A DNA stretch of 64,000 nucleotides from the NCBI RefSeq assembly GCF_018977255.1, contig NW_024704743.1:69876001-69940000 (forward strand). The letters run 5' to 3'. Below are positions 11,056 through 23,500 of this stretch, in pieces. A model generated the notes under the pieces. That model worked only from the letters and a program-made list of their open reading frames with translations. It made no database searches and was not told the origin of the DNA. Positions within the stretch are counted from its first letter, which is position 1. Every line of letters begins with the position of its first letter. Source of the DNA: Callorhinchus milii. Its lineage: Eukaryota. The position numbers and the translations under genes are program-made.

Positions 11056-14000
11056 TTACTCAAACAAACTATGTGCCAGATTCATAGCTTGAACCTTTCT
11101 TAGAGGTCGAATTACCAACCAAAGTGAATCTTCGGGGGGAGGGAGGAGTGCAACTAGGTAAAGATTCTCTATTAAATTGCATCCTATTCAACATAAAACT
11201 GCCTTTGCAATATGATTTGTAGTTCTGCAATAGCAAATTCAAGATATGTTTTAGTAAAGGTTTTACTTGTTAACTCTGGTGTCAATTTGCAACTTGCTGG
11301 GTTTTTGTGGTGTCTGTGGTGATATTTGCAAGGATGAGCAAAGTATGCCAGTACTTACTCAGTAACTAGAATACAAATTTTAATACTCAATGCCAATATT
11401 CCTCCAGATAAATTGGTCATTCACCTTATACTTACTGTGTACAAAATGGCTGATGGTTTGCCTACAAAAATCTTCACGAACATTTGATATAAGTATTGTA
11501 AAGCACTTTGAAATGTTTTGATGTGATAATGCTCCATAAAAAAGCAAGATTGCTTGGCCTTTCTCTTTTTCCTCTTTCTGAAAAAGTTGGAAATTTTGAG
11601 TCATTATTTGATGATTAACCTTTTTCTATTTTTTCCTGTCCGAATTAAAGCTGGTCATATTTCTTTTGAATGCTATTGGACTCAGTAATTTTTCCCAGGT
11701 GCTTTTCTCAAAGAAGTTGACCTTTGTAGTTTAACTACAAATTCAACAAAATCAATGAAGCTTATTATCTTGTTTTTCTTCCCTCTCCTGTTTCTTTTTA
11801 TTTTGTTTGAACTGTGAATGCTGATGCCATTGGGGGATTACAGTACAGACTAAAGTTACCGAGTCTAACAGTGAAAGAGCTGAATTATAATATATAGTAA
11901 TAACTGGAAGAGAGCATTTGATGGAATGCCATCTTCCTGTATTTTTGAAGTTATGACTTTCTTTCCGCATCTGTTCGCCTTTTTGAAAAATCCCAAATTT
12001 CCAGGCGATTTATGATCAAATACCTGTATTGAAAGATCTGGCTGTGAAACAAAATGTTTTTTTCTAGCAGGTGAATCTGCTGGGCCTGTCAGAAATCAAC
12101 TATCTGTCAGGGAAGCTTCAAATCTGCCTTTTATCAGAGGGTATTCTTCTATCATCATTGTAAATTTTTCATTTGTTAATTGTTAATTGTTAAAATCAGT
12201 CTTAATTTTTCTGAGTTTTTTCTTTTCCCCCCCTCTTCAATTCCCCCCCTCCTCTGCCACCTTTGACTCTCAGTCAGCTCTAGGAAGCACTTTAAGATAT
12301 CCTCCAGATATGAAACGAAGTACATAATTGTAAGTTGTTGTTGTTAATTTGGATGCAAGTTTTCCGTTGATCTTTTTAACAGCTACTCGCAAACGGCTTC
12401 CAATTTAAGGCTGTATTTCAGAATCTTCCAAATTCTGTTCTAAGTATTTGGAAAATTCTCAGGCGAAGGCCATCAGGGATTTTTTGCCCTGAGATTTGCT
12501 GTGGAACCTGAGTTAGTAATGATATTCATTCTATTTAATTCAATCAAGTCAGCCCCTCAGACAGTCTATTGAGTAACTCCAGCGAGGCCCCATTGCCATT
12601 AGGACTGTCTGAAGAGAAATAGACAAGAAGAAACTCAAAATTATTTTAATGATAATTCTTTCTTTTATCCATCAAAGTATACTAATGGTGACATTTCTTC
12701 CGCAAGATAGAAATTCAGATAGAGTGAGAGAGACACACACTCACAACTCACATACAGACACGCATGCACGCACACACAGAATTAGATGCACACATTGAGA
12801 TCTTTCAGCATTTAATAATTCATCCATTATAATTAGTATATTTCCTTATAATCTTCTCCCATGATCCCAGTCTCTTTCTGAAGACGGAAGTATGAAATCT
12901 GACAAGCTTTAACCAATCAATGTAAATTAAGTTATTTAAAATACAGAGCAATTAAATAAAGACAGACAAGTAATATGCTGAACACAAATAATAAAAATCA
13001 AAAATAGTCTTAAGATAAACTTTAAAACTAAAAAGTCCAAAGGCTGAGTTGAAGAGTAAATTACTGGATGAAGATTCTATTTTATGGTGTGTTGTACGAC
13101 TAAAGCTTACAAAGCTTAGGAACACCTTGCTTTTCTCACAGAACCACTACTCCAGGGCAACCAATAAAGCCATCTGGGTCCAAAATCTCAGAAACCACGT
13201 TATAATGAGGTACAAAAAAAGGCCAACATCTGGAGAACTTCCCATGCACATGTGCAGTGATTAGGAAATTACATCAGTAACCCTTCCCAAACATAGTATA
13301 CATGTGTAAAATGCACAGGAAGAAAGTGCAGTGGTGACCTGATGACTGGAAGTCAATGAGTCAGTGCTACAAACAGAGTGTACCATACTTCCAACGATAC
13401 TTCCAATACAGTGCAAGGCCACAGTAGACTAAACAAACAGAAAGAGCTCATAAGGAAAGTGTTCTAAATGGATCAACCTGTAATTGAGTGTTATAGACTG
13501 GTTCCCTTATATGTTAACAACTTTTGTTGGTACTGTGCCACATTATACAGAACTTCAAAAATGCAATTTTACATTTTCCTACAGTGCTAACGGCAAATGA
13601 ATTTCAAGCAAGTAATAGTTTTCCATTCCATGATAAATCATCTTCTGACTGGTGTTTTAAATGATGGTTACATGTATCATATTGTTCCCTGAATACGTGT
13701 TTCATACTTAGCTGTCAAGGCATTGTGATTTTTGGATGTATACAGACAGATCGTTTGCCCAGAATATAGGGCCTCCTATAAATGCAGTAAAGCCAGCAGA
13801 CAATCCCTTAGATTTAGGACCTAGTGAAATGAGGCTTAGAGCCAGAAGCTGAGAAGAAATAAATCTGGAATCTAGCAATGTTCATGGTTACATGGCAGTA
13901 GAAAGCCTTGGGAAGTGAGACAACTGAGACTTGGGCCTGGAGTCAAGGATCTAAGACCAGAAGACTGAAGTTTATGTTTAATGATAATAATAATCCTTAT

Positions 14001-14084
14001 ATTTGAATTTTGAAACAAAATGAATAGGAAGAATAAAGTTTGAATTTGAAAGAGTTGATTGGTTTGTTTTTAGCATGCAGTCCA

Positions 14085-14445
14085 TGACTGAAGTCTTGAA
14101 GTATGACTATTTGATACTACAGTATTACTGTCAAGTGTAGTTTTTGTAGGCAAATGCAGCATTCAGTTTTTGCACAGCAAAGTTTCACAAGCAACCATGT
14201 GACCAATTCATCTGTTGGCCGGGCCACTGGGAGAAACTTCCTTCTCGTTTCGATGCAAAGAGATCTTAAACAGACTTTAACTCAGTTTGATGTCTCACCT
14301 TAGAGATGCCAACACCACCAACAAGGCAGCACTCCCGTAGCACTGGTCTTGAGTGTCAACCTAGAACGTGATGTCAATCTCAGGTGGAAGTTGAACCCAC
14401 AACCTTTTGACTCAGAAGCAAGAAGGCTGCTAACTGAACCAAGCT
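14085..14445 (-). mobile_element. Degenerate DeuSINE
   Basis: gcagcactcccgtagcactgg...gagtgtcaacctaga...gaacccacaaccttttgactcaga. Confidence 0.75.
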
Positions 14446-14555
14446 AATTGATATACTGTAGTCCAAATGGGAAAATGAACCACAAGGAATACATTTCTTG
14501 CTTGTCCTATGTAGGAAGTATAAGCAATATATTTATTTCCTGCAATAAATATAAT

Positions 14556-14790
14556 GGAATAAATTCCACCAGGTTTAGATTTATTCCATCTTCGTAGTAT
14601 TTTAGAGCATCCAGGATTTGACACATTGTTGAATTCAGTCTCAACTGAAGCTGTTTTTTCTGTAATTCTTAAAAGAACTCACTGAAAACTGTCTTCAAAA
14701 CTTAAGGCAGTGTTTAAAAACTTGCCAAATTCTGGATGCTCTGAAATGCTAGGAAAATAGAGGAAATCTAAACCTAGATGGATATTCTCC
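14556..14790. mobile_element. MITE-like palindromic element
   Basis: Arms 14571-14623 and 14723-14775 are reverse complements at 44/53 positions. Confidence 0.7.
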
Positions 14791-16699
14791 TTCATAGTTT
14801 GGTAATTGTAATATAATTAGGTTCTAATGCAAGCAGCTAATTTGCTGCAGCTTTATGACTGAAATTTTGTTTTGGTTATTTCCCTACTGACTTACATAAC
14901 TATTTCAAAATAGCAAGAGCAAAAGGCACTTTGAAAATGTATATGTGAGACATATCAAATAAATGATCTATGCATTAGATATAGCACATATAGCATAGAG
15001 AATGGTTTAAAGTGCTTAAACGTTTTGTTGTAAAGTGTACTGACTGTGTATCTGTTAGTGAATGAATACTTTAGAATTTATAGAATTAACAAATATTTTA
15101 GAATTTAAAATCATAAGGTTAGTTCAAAATTTTTTTGTCATATCTCTCCCTCCATTAAATCTTGAATCATTCATTAAAAATGCAGTACTTAAAGCTGAAT
15201 AATGGGTTCATTGCGAGAATGTCTATCTACTGTAAACTGATAAAACACTATAAGGTTTGAGTAAGTATTAAACATAACTCACTTGACATTCATTATTTGG
15301 AAGGTATTAAGGCAATCATCCCACCAAGGTAATGCAGTTGCATTGAGAAATAGTTACCTGTCAGCCTGATAGAACTATGTAATACTAACACCTCAGCGTG
15401 AGTTATGGTATGCATATTGACTGCCAAAGATCTATTCCCAATCTTGCCATGTAACAAACTTCTAGTATTAATTATATATTAATCATATAATTGCTGTAGA
15501 AGAGTGTCAATTTTGATTCTTTGCTTTGGTGGTGATTTCAGACTACCCCTGCATTGTGAACAAATTGGCCCCATATACATAATGAGGAATAATGTGTACG
15601 CATTATATTTAATAATACTGATTTGAGTTCAATGCTGAAGTTCAGAGCTGCTTTTTGAACAGCCTATTTTTCCATTTTGGCTCATGTGCTGAATACGTAA
15701 AGCTGCTCTTAATTTCAGTAACGGCCTTTTTATTTTTACTGCCTGTAGCACTTATTGTTTTTTTAAAAACATTTAAAAACTGTTTTTTAATAATATTAAA
15801 AAACATACTAGACAAATACTTTGTGCGTTTTGCCCACAAAATATACATTCAATTCACAGCACTTTGAGACGTCTCGTAAACGTGATAAGGCATTATATCA
15901 AAATGCAAGGATTATTATTAAATACTATAAGAAAAATTGAACCATTGTTCTCTGGTATCTTTAGTCTGATGAAAAATATTTCGAGTGAATTAATTTGTTG
16001 CCACTCCCCTTTTGTTGCACTACTACTTTAATTGGTACACCCCACTGGTCAAAGCTCAGGTTGTTACAGTCGCTCTAATTGGTGCTCAGAGTTACAGTCA
16101 CTTTAATTGGTGATTCCTACTCATCCTCTTATTATCACTCTTTCACCAGTACTCTTGTGGTGCTGTTTCTTTACTGTAAATCCCACTAGTTGCTCCCTTA
16201 TGGCTTCTACTCTTTTCTTCTATGCTTAATAACGTCTGTTGATTTTTCCAAGTCCCCCCTTCATCCTGTATCTGATGATGCTTTTAATATTCAGAGCTGA
16301 CTAATAGTCCCTTAGGTGAATATACAGATGTATTTTAACTTTGTTTTGTATGGACCATTTTATGTAAAAAGCTTTGATCTTGTACCTTTTGTTAAGGAAC
16401 ATTATATCACATTGCGACTTGCATTTTTATAGCTCCCTTTACTCACCGACCAGTGGAAAAAGTTTCTCCCCCTCTGTTCTATCAAACCTCTCATAATGTT
16501 GAAGACTTTTTATCTGGTCTTCCCTCACCCTTCTCTATTTCAATGATAAAAGGGCCAGTTCCTCTAGTCTCTCTCTGCTCGTAAGTCAAACCACTCAGCC
16601 CAGGTACCAATCTAGTAAATCTCCTCTGCTCCCTTTCTATAGACTTTCTTGGTCACAGGAATAACTGCGACAAATAGAATGCTGGGCGATATTTCAACA

Positions 16700-17200
16700 T
16701 CAGTTTAGTTTTAGTCACCAGAAGCGCTCTGGTCAACCATCACTTAGAGAACTGTATGCACTTCTGTTTGTGATGACATAAGGGCCTAGGCCCGAGAGGC
16801 AGTTAAAACGAGAGCAGTGAGGAGGCTCCACGAAGTTAGTGGAATGAGCAACGATCAGACAAGCCAGAACTCTTGAGTCTTGAAAGGAGGCATCTCAGAG
16901 GGGCCCTTAAAGAGGTCTATAACATTTTAAATGGGTTTGAAAAAGTATATCCAGATCAATACTGCCAGATGCAACAAGATGGTAGAACAAGAGGATATAG
17001 GTTTAGAGTTGTCAAGAGCAATTTCAGGACAGACACAAGGAATGTATTTTTTTTTATCTAGAAGGTAGTTAACGACTGGAATAGGTTACCAAGAAAAGCG
17101 GTTGAGGCCCGGACTCTAGACTCATTTAAACAGAAAACATGATTTGAAGACGGTAGGGTGGGTATTTTGGTCAGATGAGATAAAATGGGCTGAATCAATC
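16700..17200 (+). mobile_element. CR1 LINE 3' fragment
   Basis: Peptide SLERRHLRGALKEVYNILNG...RTRGYRF; a head-to-head minus-strand CR1 piece lies at about 16440-16650. Confidence 0.8.
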
Positions 17201-17204
17201 TTGT

Positions 17205-17530
17205 GATAATATAATAATAATAATAATAATAATAATCTTTGCATTTGACATAGTGCTTTTTACGTCTTCTTCTGGACGTCTCAAACACTTCACAGAATAT
17301 ACTGTAAAGTGAATTGACTGTATATTTGTGGGTGGAACACAGCAGCCAATTGCACATAGCAGTGTCCCACAAACAGTTGTGGATTGAGTGACCTAATTCT
17401 TATTGTTTTTTGTTTTTCTTGAGTGATTATTATCAGGCATGTGGAGTAAGGAAACTTGCCCAAGGTTTCGTCCTGCTGGGAATCCAACCCAGGTCTCTCG
17501 CTTGCAAGGCTGGAGCTCTAACCACTGAGA
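17205..17530 (-). mobile_element. Short tRNA-derived SINE
   Basis: (AAT)n tail through ggcatgtggagtaaggaaacttgcccaaggtttcg to ctctaaccactgag. Confidence 0.9.
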
Positions 17531-20409
17531 AGGTTCTCATGGACTTCCTGTGTGATGTCTAAATGGATTATGTGCAGGCCGGGTTCTCTAATATCATTTC
17601 TTGCATGTTGGTAATAAAGGTCAAATAAATTTCGCTATCCAATATGAAAAATAAATATCAAACACCAGCAACTGTAAGTAAAGATCAACTCTATGGTGGC
17701 AGCCCAGTGGCACTCTGCAAAGTTGTACCGATGTAGTGTGTAATGAAATAGTATTGTGGAAATCCCCACATGTTAAAATTCTAGCCCCGGTAAGGCTGTC
17801 TGCAGGAGGTACAGAAGAGGCAAGACATTTCTCAAGAGGAGAAAAGGAAATATCAAGGTGTCAAGATAATCCCTTTACTTTAGTGCATCTCAGAGTGGCT
17901 GGCTAAAGTCCAAGGTGATCTGAAGAAGAATAGAAAAATAACAGTACCACATGCAAAATAAATAAAAATTGACGATTAGAAAGAGGAAAGATTTCTTGAT
18001 TATGATGTAGGGTGAATTTATTGTATCTTTAAAAAAATTGCATACAGAAGCAATAGTGATAGAGAGAATATTAAACGGGTTTGAATGCATACTTTATATT
18101 TTTGGGGACTGATGAATTTGAAATGAGTTGTAAGTGATTTGTTTGAAACTTTGCTTATGTTTAGTAATCTTTTAAGGTTAAAGAGAAATGTAGCCTCACT
18201 CCACTTGGCTGGTTGGTGAATTAATCAATTTGGTACTATAAAAGTTATAGTTCTGACATTTTATTTGCCTGTCCTTTTATCCAATTTAATCATTGAGTAT
18301 CAAAGTTGGGCTGACAAAGTTGCAGTAGCCATTTGTATAGTTATTTTTGGATTAAATTCAAATTGTACATCCATACAAATCTTTAGTAATCCTGTTCTTC
18401 AGGCTCAAAAATGACATAGTGATTTTTAATGACATTTCAAATTCTGTAGAATAAGAAATAACAGGAAGTTGAAGCAAATAACTAGAGTGGTGAGTCATTC
18501 AACGATAAATGGATTGGGTTTGCAATATATTGTGACCTTATCAGGATTGACATAATTTTGAAATCAACATATAGTGCTTGAATTCATGTAAAAAAAGAAA
18601 CTGCTTACTTCATAAATTATCAATGAAATTAGTGCATGGCAGAGCAGGAATAAGTCTGTTGTCTTCAGTTGTTGAAGAACCAGTAAACAGGATGTCACAC
18701 AAAGACACTCCCCAGCTTTATTCCCTCCACCCCTAAAAATCTTGCCAACAATGCCCTCTGCCCTATACATGCACAATGCAGGGACAATAACTGCTTACCA
18801 GCTCATTTAATGCATATGTGTAAGATAGTGCAACAAATAAATATTCATAAAAGGGATGAAAAAGGAATAAAAGACTGGTCTTCGGCTTTGAGGCTTCACA
18901 TGTGGCAAACCCTCATTAATCCAAGGCATTGTTACAGTTAACTCATCTGCCTGTCTCATCAAAATGAAACCTGGAGATGTAAACATATTTAACCTCACAA
19001 ACCAAAGTCTTAGTGGGTAAAGCAGCCCTTGTGGGACAAAATACCACTATACAATTATCAACAAATGATTTGAATGAAGCACTATAAAGGCAATCTAAAC
19101 TGTCTGATGTGGGAAAGTTTGATTCATAACCATTCTGTTGTTTTTTCAAATTCTATTCAGGGAACAAATTGAACTAATCTTGTGAATTCAAGTGTTCTCT
19201 TTACATTAAAAATAGCCTTAAGTGATTCTGCTGAAGTTACCAATGCAATAGCCAATTTATTGCAGTTGTTATTTTACAATGTACTGTTGTGAAACTGGGT
19301 GGGTCATTCTGCACAAAAAATATTATCTACTAGAAATATTGATTTGACTTTTGTAAGTGTAAATGTTGAATGATACCAGTGGGTAGATTCTCTCCATTAG
19401 GAGGCAAGAAACCCCTGCTAAAAGTACATTTACTTTTCAATGTATTTATATGTTACAATAATGCACTCCAAGTAGGCATCCTATGTTTTTTGCGGTGAGA
19501 GAAATGACCAACTTTGTAATGTTGTGCAATCTGTTTTTATCTTAGCTTCTACTATAGCACAAGCATTCAGTATAGCAATAATTGAATGACTTTAATACAG
19601 TGATTCAATGGAAAGATCTTTTCAAAGTTTTCTCTATGTGATTCTTCATTACATTCGTTAAGTACTGAAATGCTTTACAAGTGTTTTCTTAATTGATCGT
19701 GTTTGGTTTAGGTGCTGAAGTGGGAACATCTATGTAATTTGCTGGGCTGCTGCACAGTCTATCTTGGAGCAGATCCAAGGATATCTATGAAACAATACAA
19801 CAACAATGGTTCCATATTTATGGATACAGACAGTTAAAGGAACATGTTTCTTATAAAACTCTTAATTTCACATTTCACATTTAACTATTTCAACGACCCA
19901 TGGAATTTTTATTCTTTGATTTCTGCTAATACTGTAACAGAGATCAAGAAGGCCTACACAGACATTTAGATTTTCCAGAATACCCATTTGACTATCATAC
20001 TATTATAACATCAAGCTGTTTCTTAAATAACTGCAGTTTCTTGGCTTCTACCACCCTTCATGGTAACCCATTCCAGCTGTTGATTGCTCTTTGTACAAAC
20101 AACTGTTTGGTTGTGTATCCTAAACTTGTCTCACAACCCTGAACTTGTGCTTTCCTGTCCTTCTGATTTAGTGTATCTGAAAATATTCTGGATTTACTTC
20201 ATCAATCTTATTTTAGACTAACTACCCATTGCACCTATGCTTGTAATCTGTTTCATTTAATTGGCCTTCTCTCTTTCGTCTGCCATTTTTATTCATCCTT
20301 GAAAGGCTTGATCTTTGCTTCTTAGGCACCTTTATCCCTTAAGATTAAGAAAATGTGCTATTGAACTTGTTAGCATATCTTGTTCACATATTTGCACACA
20401 TATCCTTTT

Positions 20410-20533
20410 GGGAGGACTCCTGTGTGAAGATGCTAATTGGGAGGACTCCTGTGGGAGGATGCCTGTTGGGAGGACTCAGTGGGAGACCTCAGTGTGAGGG
20501 CTTCTGTGGGAGGACTCCTGGTTGGGAGGGCTC
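20410..20533. repeat. Degenerate minisatellite, about 14-nt unit GGGAGGACTCCTGT
   Basis: About 9 diverged tandem units. Confidence 0.85.
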
Positions 20534-23500
20534 CTAACATTTCTTCTTTATTAGTACAGATGTATCTCTCTGGAAGGATGTATGACCTTTGTCGCTACTT
20601 TGTTGCAAAATACCATGCATACCTTTTTGGCGCTTAATTAAAGCATTTTTTAATATAGCTCATCAACAATAGGAGATCCCCGAAAACAATATGCCCATGA
20701 CTCTCCCCCATGCATGACCTTTCCTATGAGGTATAAATCATGTCTCTAAGTCAATTGGTTATTGTATTCTTGGCGGACACACACACACAGACATTTTGTT
20801 TTTATTAGTATAGATTGATAGACTTGTATAAGATCCCCTCTGTGATATCTCCTTTCAATCTTGAATACCCCTAGTTTATCTTATTGTCCCTTTAACACTG
20901 GGGATGAACTTTGTGGCTCTGTAATCCATTGCGTCTGGGGACTGAATATCCTTATGTCACAGCTGCCAGAAGTATAAAATGGTAGGTACGACTTGATCAG
21001 AGCATTGTACCGCTTGAGAATGACATCTGGGATCTGAACTCATAAAGGTATGAGTCTATCATTGTCCAGAAATACAGACATACCAGTTAATATTACAGTA
21101 CTGTATATATTTAAATGACTCAACTTGATCTTAATGCTAGGTTTTGTTCTGATAAAGCACTGACCTACCAAAATTCATTTCATCCAGGAATCCTTTTACT
21201 CACTCATCAGATCGGGTTAGCTTACTCAGCTTTTTTTTTTAGTTTTCAATGACTTACAGATGTAGATTGCTCTCAGCTTCAAACAAAGTTTTCAAATTCA
21301 AGTATATATTTGTTTCATTTATGAGAATCTTTGAAACTTCACGTTTTATTCAGTAAATATGTAGGAGACATGTTTCTGGGACCTTCACAGACACAGTATC
21401 ACTCTATCATTGGCCTTATTTTTTCACTCCTTTAGGAAAAACGCTTTCCTTCATTCCTTCCTGTTCGAATCTTCTGAGCTGAGATCAAGAATGCTCCACT
21501 CCAGAACCCCCCACACAGCAGAGTTTATCATTGATGTACCAAATCAGTGCTCTATTAGCAGATATTGTTTTTTTAAAAAAATAAATCCCCATTTATATTG
21601 CTGAAAGTGATTAAGAGTCGTGTGTTTGCCTACAAAATACATAGTCACTACACTTGACAGTATATTCTATAAAATGTTTTGAAATGTCTTCTTGACATGA
21701 AAAGTGCTACATCAAATTTAGGATAATTTCATTTATTAAGCTTGGTTTATATCTCCTGTTCCAAAATTGTCCTGAGCTGAGGGCTCAGGAGAGCTCCACT
21801 TACGCACAGCTAAATTCAGACTTGGAAGCTCACCAACCGATGTCAAACACATCATGGCTGACCCTTAACCATAAGAAATGGACCCTTTAAAATTCTTGGC
21901 TGGTACAAATGTCTTTTTTAAGCAAGGGGAGGCCGAATTGATTCCTTCCAATTTACAACACAGGGAGTTAAAATATTTTTTGAATGATAATAATTTGATC
22001 ACTTCCTCAAATTGTGTTTGTTACATGTTTCCCAGCTTTGTGATCAACAACAACAACAGTAAATTGCACCCCACTTCATGGTGTGTCTATGGTATTGATT
22101 TGGCATGATTTGCATAGCTGAATATAAACCAGCTAAAACAAGTTGGACTAACTGTATTTCAATCGTAGTTAATTGTGTTTGTCCAAAAATACTTCACGGT
22201 ATATCCTGTTTAACGCTTTGGGACATAATATTGACCTGAAAGGCGCTATACCAAATGTAATGATTATTGTTTTTTTATCAGTACCTATACAGACACTTTG
22301 CAAATGAAATGTACAGTGTAGTTCTATTTCTTCAATATTTATATAGTTCTGACAGTTGGTCTCCATCAGGTGGATTTTATTGTGATTGGTGTTACTACTT
22401 CCCATCTGTTAGTAGCATTCATTGACTTCTGCATTTTTACTCACTGCTTTCCTTATGTGGATGCTACACTAATTAGGTTGTTTGCACAAATATTAATTAC
22501 ATCAATCAGTAAATGATACACATAGTCATTTATCACTATGTAACCTCCTATGTTCCCTCCAGAATTATTCTCATATATTATTATTTATCCTTGGAAGTTT
22601 TAACAATCTTTATTTTAACTCAGTGGTCTTATCATTCAACTATCTTGGTCTGTTCCAATCCCAGGCACACCTCAGCACAAGGAGTAATTTCTTGATTCTT
22701 CCTCTGGTCAATCTAATTCTCCCACCTCTCTGCCTGCTCTCTAACTAATGCTTGCTTCAGGCTTTGTCATCTTTTTTCGAATTTAATTAGTTTTGGCCTG
22801 TAAATCTGTGTTCTGCTGATAATATTTTCCGCCTTCTGAAGTGAGATTGGTGAAGCAACAGGAGGCTACATTTAATCCAGTATCATCTACCAGTTCATAG
22901 GGTTAATCGCTAGATCCCTCAATAATGAGTCTTGGCTTCCCTATCATAGGGGATACAGTCTGCTTACTGTGATCTAGCTGGTATTCGATAGGGATCAGTG
23001 CCAGGAAGTCTGATTGTAATGGGAGCTGTGAGGCATGAGTGAGACTAATGGTGCCCAGACTATTACCCCCTTCTCGTTTTATGAAATAAAATGTAAAATG
23101 TAAAATAGTATAACAATAGCGTGCCTGCAGTTGATGCTGATTTAGATGAACTCTTTCAAAAGGAAATTGTGCAGTATCTGTATGGAAACAGTGTTGGAAG
23201 TTGAAAAACCAAGTGCACAAAATGAAGTAAATTAAATACTCCACAGGAAGCAGTGTGTGTATGGGGGAAAGAGGAGAAAGGGATGCCAATGGGGAGAAGG
23301 AGCTCAGAGTTTAATCGTGATTTGGATATGGTTAGAATATTTTGCTTAATTTAATTTGGGGATTAGGGAGCATGTATGAAAAAATTCCCTCGAGATATAC
23401 ATTATACATTAGGTGGAGTAAGTTCCACAGCAGGTTAGTTTTGGTGTGGCCCATAGGTAGAGTGCTTCATGGGCCGAATGGCTTTCTCTCATGCCAGGCT

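Noticed and set aside
20410..20533. CRISPR-like array
   Set aside because: Eukaryotic intron; units are directly tandem with no unique spacers and no cas genes.
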